In this document: positions 61,101 through 64,000 of the stretch, one piece after another
Position numbering within the stretch: the stretch's first letter is position 1
Layout: each line of letters opens with the position of its first letter
Assembly: GCA_965637545.1 (NCBI GenBank)
Contig: OZ281501.1
Span: forward strand, 11,842,001 to 11,906,000
Reading direction: 5' to 3'
Length of the DNA: 64,000 nt
DNA from: Phallusia mammillata
Taxonomy: Eukaryota
Translations under genes and position numbers: made by a program
Notes under the pieces: model-generated
The model's input: only the letters and a program-made list of their open reading frames with translations
What the model was told of the DNA's origin: nothing
Databases searched by the model: none

Positions 61101-62093
61101 TCAGCCATACCAACATGCTTAGTATTTCCATTTTCATCAAGAACTACTGAAAAAAGACAATGTTATATTATTCAACAAGTAGTTTTAAATGTGTTACCAG
61201 AGAAATAACATTACCATTCATTAAATTTTAGCCGTTTGCCCTAACACTGTAAAACATAATACATACTTGCAAGTCCTATGGTATGGTTTTTCATATAGTT
61301 TATGAACAGTTACTTTTACACTATTATCAAACCATCTGTCTTACATCAATTGTAGATGACAATAATATATACAGTATAAACTGAAGTTTGTTTTCTTGAT
61401 CATAAGATTAAGTAAAACACCAGGTAGATTTAAAACACACCTTCAGAAGGCATTTCTGACTGGACTCCATTAGCAACTGTAGTGTAGGCACTTGTATTGG
61501 AACTGTACGGTGAACTTTCGAACTGATTTGAAGATTCTGCAACCAAAAAACAAATACATGACTAACACAATGCACACTAACTCCACTGATTGTACTCAAA
61601 GTTTTAAGAAATTTTACTTTAAACAAATGCATATTGGCGGATTGAAGCCGCAAGTACAAACCCCAAACTTAGCCAAAGTTCACATACCTGTCATAGTGAA
61701 AGACGGAGACACAAAGTTACTCTCAGGTATCCTGTTAGGAAAAGATTGCTGCTGCTGAACAACTGGTTCTGCTTTGTTTTCCGTATTTTTCACTCGATGT
61801 TCATGGTCCTGTACAAAAATAAAATTACAACATAAAATCATACAATAACACTTTCACATTCTAACTATGTAATATTTTAACAGTGCTTAATGTAAATAGA
61901 CTATCGCCACACATATACATTCTTCTGTTACAAACCAAGACAAAAAAAACTTTCTCTAAAAGTAGAGACCGACAGCTACTGAAAATACAACTGCTGCCCA
62001 ATGACCTATATTTAACGAATTGTATAAAGTATTTTTGCACTTAACTTTTGAGCTTACAGATTCAGTTCTCACCTTCATGTGCAAATTCACCAT
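49115..62093 (-). CDS. LARP4: La-related protein 4 (LARP4/4B ortholog), 23 coding exons, about 1200 aa
   Basis: Exons 62093-62073, 61808-61688, 61536-61441, 61146-60969, 60010-59874, 59627-59524, 59411-59247, 58971-58807, 58526-58272, 57840-57746, 57054-56888, 54628-54438, 54012-53904, 53461-53247, 52986-52929, 52596-52491, 52430-52346, 52053-51961, 51880-51803, 51422-51185, 50593-50295, 49830-49749, 49659-49115 sum to 3603 nt in phase. La motif ([22 protein letters not shown]), RRM ([29 protein letters not shown]), [13 protein letters not shown] and RKPTYADML. Junctions in the low-complexity middle are less certain. Confidence 0.92.
50835..51158 (-). mobile_element. 324-bp composite element with an internal tRNA-like gene, in a LARP4 intron
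   Basis: 11-bp direct repeat CTTCCACAATA at 50824-50834 and 51159-51169. 154-nt leader, 73-nt cloverleaf and 97-nt trailer. No poly(A) tail and no TIRs. Partial copies at 10.7-10.9 kb and 25.25 kb. Confidence 0.85.
50932..51004 (-). tRNA. tRNA-like cloverleaf (non-canonical; nominal anticodon GGA); probably element-borne rather than a decoding tRNA
   Basis: GCCTGTG TA GCTC AGTTGGTA GAGC GC GAGTC CCGGAAA GACTC CTGTC GTGGG TTCGAAT CCCAC CGCAGGC. All four stems pair, the A and B boxes are intact, and a T5 run follows 4 nt downstream. Atypical features: C33, an extra base before the anticodon stem, and no long variable arm. Confidence 0.6.
54918..55430. mobile_element. hAT-type MITE in a LARP4 intron
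   Basis: TIRs CAGGGGTCGCCAAA / TTTGGTGACCCCTG. Perfect TSD CTCTAGTA (54910-54917, 55431-55438). CCGGCCCGCG subterminal repeats. Confidence 0.92.
55841..56016 (-). promoter_or_regulatory. Promoter/enhancer-like motif cluster in the largest LARP4 intron
   Basis: TGACGCAA 55841-55848, CACGTG 55869-55874 and 56011-56016, TGTTTAC 55947-55953, ATTGG 55959-55963 and 55981-55985, ATGCAAAT 55975-55982. GC- and CpG-richer than the flanks. Confidence 0.4.
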
Positions 62094-63460
62094 GACTGCC
62101 TACACATCAACTTGAACACACCACAGAAAAACACAGTCAGCCTTAACACTCAACACACACCAGTTGACTGTTGTTCTCCCATTACACCCTGTCTAAACAA
62201 GCAGACTGTCAGCTTTTCCTGTCAGACTGCTGGTCTACAGAGCCAATTCCCAACTACTAATTTAAATAAACTGGCGTATCTAACATCAATCTACTGCTGC
62301 TATAAGCTCAACGTGGCTCAAAGCGACATACACAAGAGGCGTGTGTGCCTTGCAGTTAAAATACAGGAAGCGTGCGCCGGCATGTAATACCAGTGACGGA
62401 CAACGCCTAAATTGTACCGGTTGTGTACTCTCTTAACACACGATTGCCGGAAAGAACGCCTAAGTACCATACATACAGCATACATGCTTGAAACGTAGCG
62501 TAGCGTAGCGGCTAAATGCCTACTAACTGTGTTGTGCCCTGACCACATAAACCAAGCTATCGCTTCAGCACACAGACATGCGAGTATTGCTGCTGGCGAA
62601 TGGCGCGTAACAGCAGGTCGAGAGCTAACGTTGAACGAAGCACTTTAAACTACCTGGCGAATGTCCCAAGGCTCATATCCAATTAAGACGCATCAGAGGT
62701 GCTGCCTGCTTTGCTGCGTAGCTGCGAGACGATCGCAAAGCAGGCCACCCACCCACACACACACACACGCAGCGAGTGAATCATCGCATCCCCTAAATGG
62801 CATGAAGAGCCGGCTAAGGCGGACTCACGCCAAATCACATGCCATTTCAAAAGCACAGGGAAATATTTGGCACGCACACTGGCATTTAATTAGACAGCGT
62901 TTAACGTTTGTGCGAAAGGGTGCACTTCAGTTTCCTGCCTTCCTCAGGAAGGTAATTTCCATTGCTATCCCTTTTTCACTCTACATGCCTATGAGCGTAT
63001 TTGGAAAGCAGATGTATTTTTGCTTTGACATCAACAAAACAGGATGCCCACTGCTGTTTTCAACAAAAATATTGTGAGCTCCAGACATGCACAAATCACG
63101 TAGCGCAGTAGTAAGGCGCGGCAACACAATGCATAATTTATGTAAGACACGTCGAGACGGGACGGTTCTCTTGAGCCGCGTGAAGACAGCAGCGAGCAAA
63201 CGCAAGTCAATGCCAACCGTCCTTAAACGTTGGACAAGCCGCAACTCGACATTTCGCAGAAACTTGGAAGGTCGCGAAACTAATTTACGTTTGGTCGCGA
63301 TATGCTATTGTAAATGTACGGTCTTAGTGTAACATGATACTTAACGTAAGGATCTGAATAAAATGTAAAACCAGTTCCACCGTGACGTTGTCTGACGAGC
63401 AAAATGAGCAGCAGAGTCGCGTCCTTATTTGGGCAAGCATGTTTCCCTACGAAGCGGAAT

Positions 63461-63502
63461 GCCATTTTCGGGTTTTGCCCGTTCACGCTGTCACGTGATT
63501 GG
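63461..63502 (-). promoter_or_regulatory. Candidate LARP4 promoter (E-box, CCAAT, YY1)
   Basis: GTCACGTGAT 63490-63499, overlapping ATTGG 63498-63502, and GCCATTTT (YY1, AAAATGGC on - strand) 63461-63468, about 1.4 kb upstream of the LARP4 ATG. Motif match only. Confidence 0.35.
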
Positions 63503-64000
63503 TCTGTCTAATTAACAGCTGAATTCAAAAACAGCAAATGCATTTCTTTGAGTCAGAATGCAATAAGCAATACGCTTACACTAGCAAAGTGACTACAGCT
63601 CTGGTCACAGACGTGAATAACCATTGATGAAGTAAAATTCCCCAATTCTCCCAAAGGGTAAGTACATGTTGCACTTCATTATTGCTCAAACGTTACAACT
63701 TTTACAAGAATAAACGCTTTTCGCAATGAGGAAACATGTAAACAAACTGCACTCCTGCCTCAATGGAAGCCATTAGTTTTCTACACAACAAATCGCATGG
63801 TGTTGCCTAACGCAAACGACTGATGGAATCCTTTGTCTCCATATTTTACGGGTAGCAATCTGTTGCTCGTCAAAAACGTTTTCCCTGGTCATTGAAAATC
63901 GGAGAAAATGTAATGCCCTTTAACCATTGTGTTTTTTGGACACAGATTTATAAGGATACTTACGTGTTTTTTCTGCGTAGGTATTTGTGTCGCGTCTGAC

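Overview
Eukaryotic, AT-rich, intron-dense animal genomic DNA. Short GT-AG introns and the gene content suggest an invertebrate chordate such as an ascidian; this is inference and the species cannot be called. I assembled seven protein-coding genes by hand from splice sites and reading phase: a flavin-containing monooxygenase (+, 12 exons, 532 aa), an O-fucosyltransferase-family type II membrane protein (+), SQSTM1/p62 (-, 7 exons, 322 aa), two paralogous intronless 7TM GPCR-like genes (+), POC5 (-) and LARP4 (-, 23 exons, about 1200 aa). Introns and intergenic DNA carry nine hAT-type MITEs with 8-bp target-site duplications (TSDs), a Harbinger-type MITE, a 2.4-kb fold-back element with transposase remnants, and a probable decayed LINE. 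The strongest leads are (1) a 324-bp mobile unit with an internal, near-perfect but non-canonical tRNA cloverleaf, also present as a permuted, partly inverted copy and as a fragment, and (2) a p62 gene lacking the ZZ domain but with a 36-nt in-frame micro-exon encoding a KEAP1-type STGE motif and a compact ARE/YY1/M-box promoter. There is no rRNA or CRISPR array. Most entries in the six-frame ORF track are noise or exon fragments. All percent identities are by-eye estimates.
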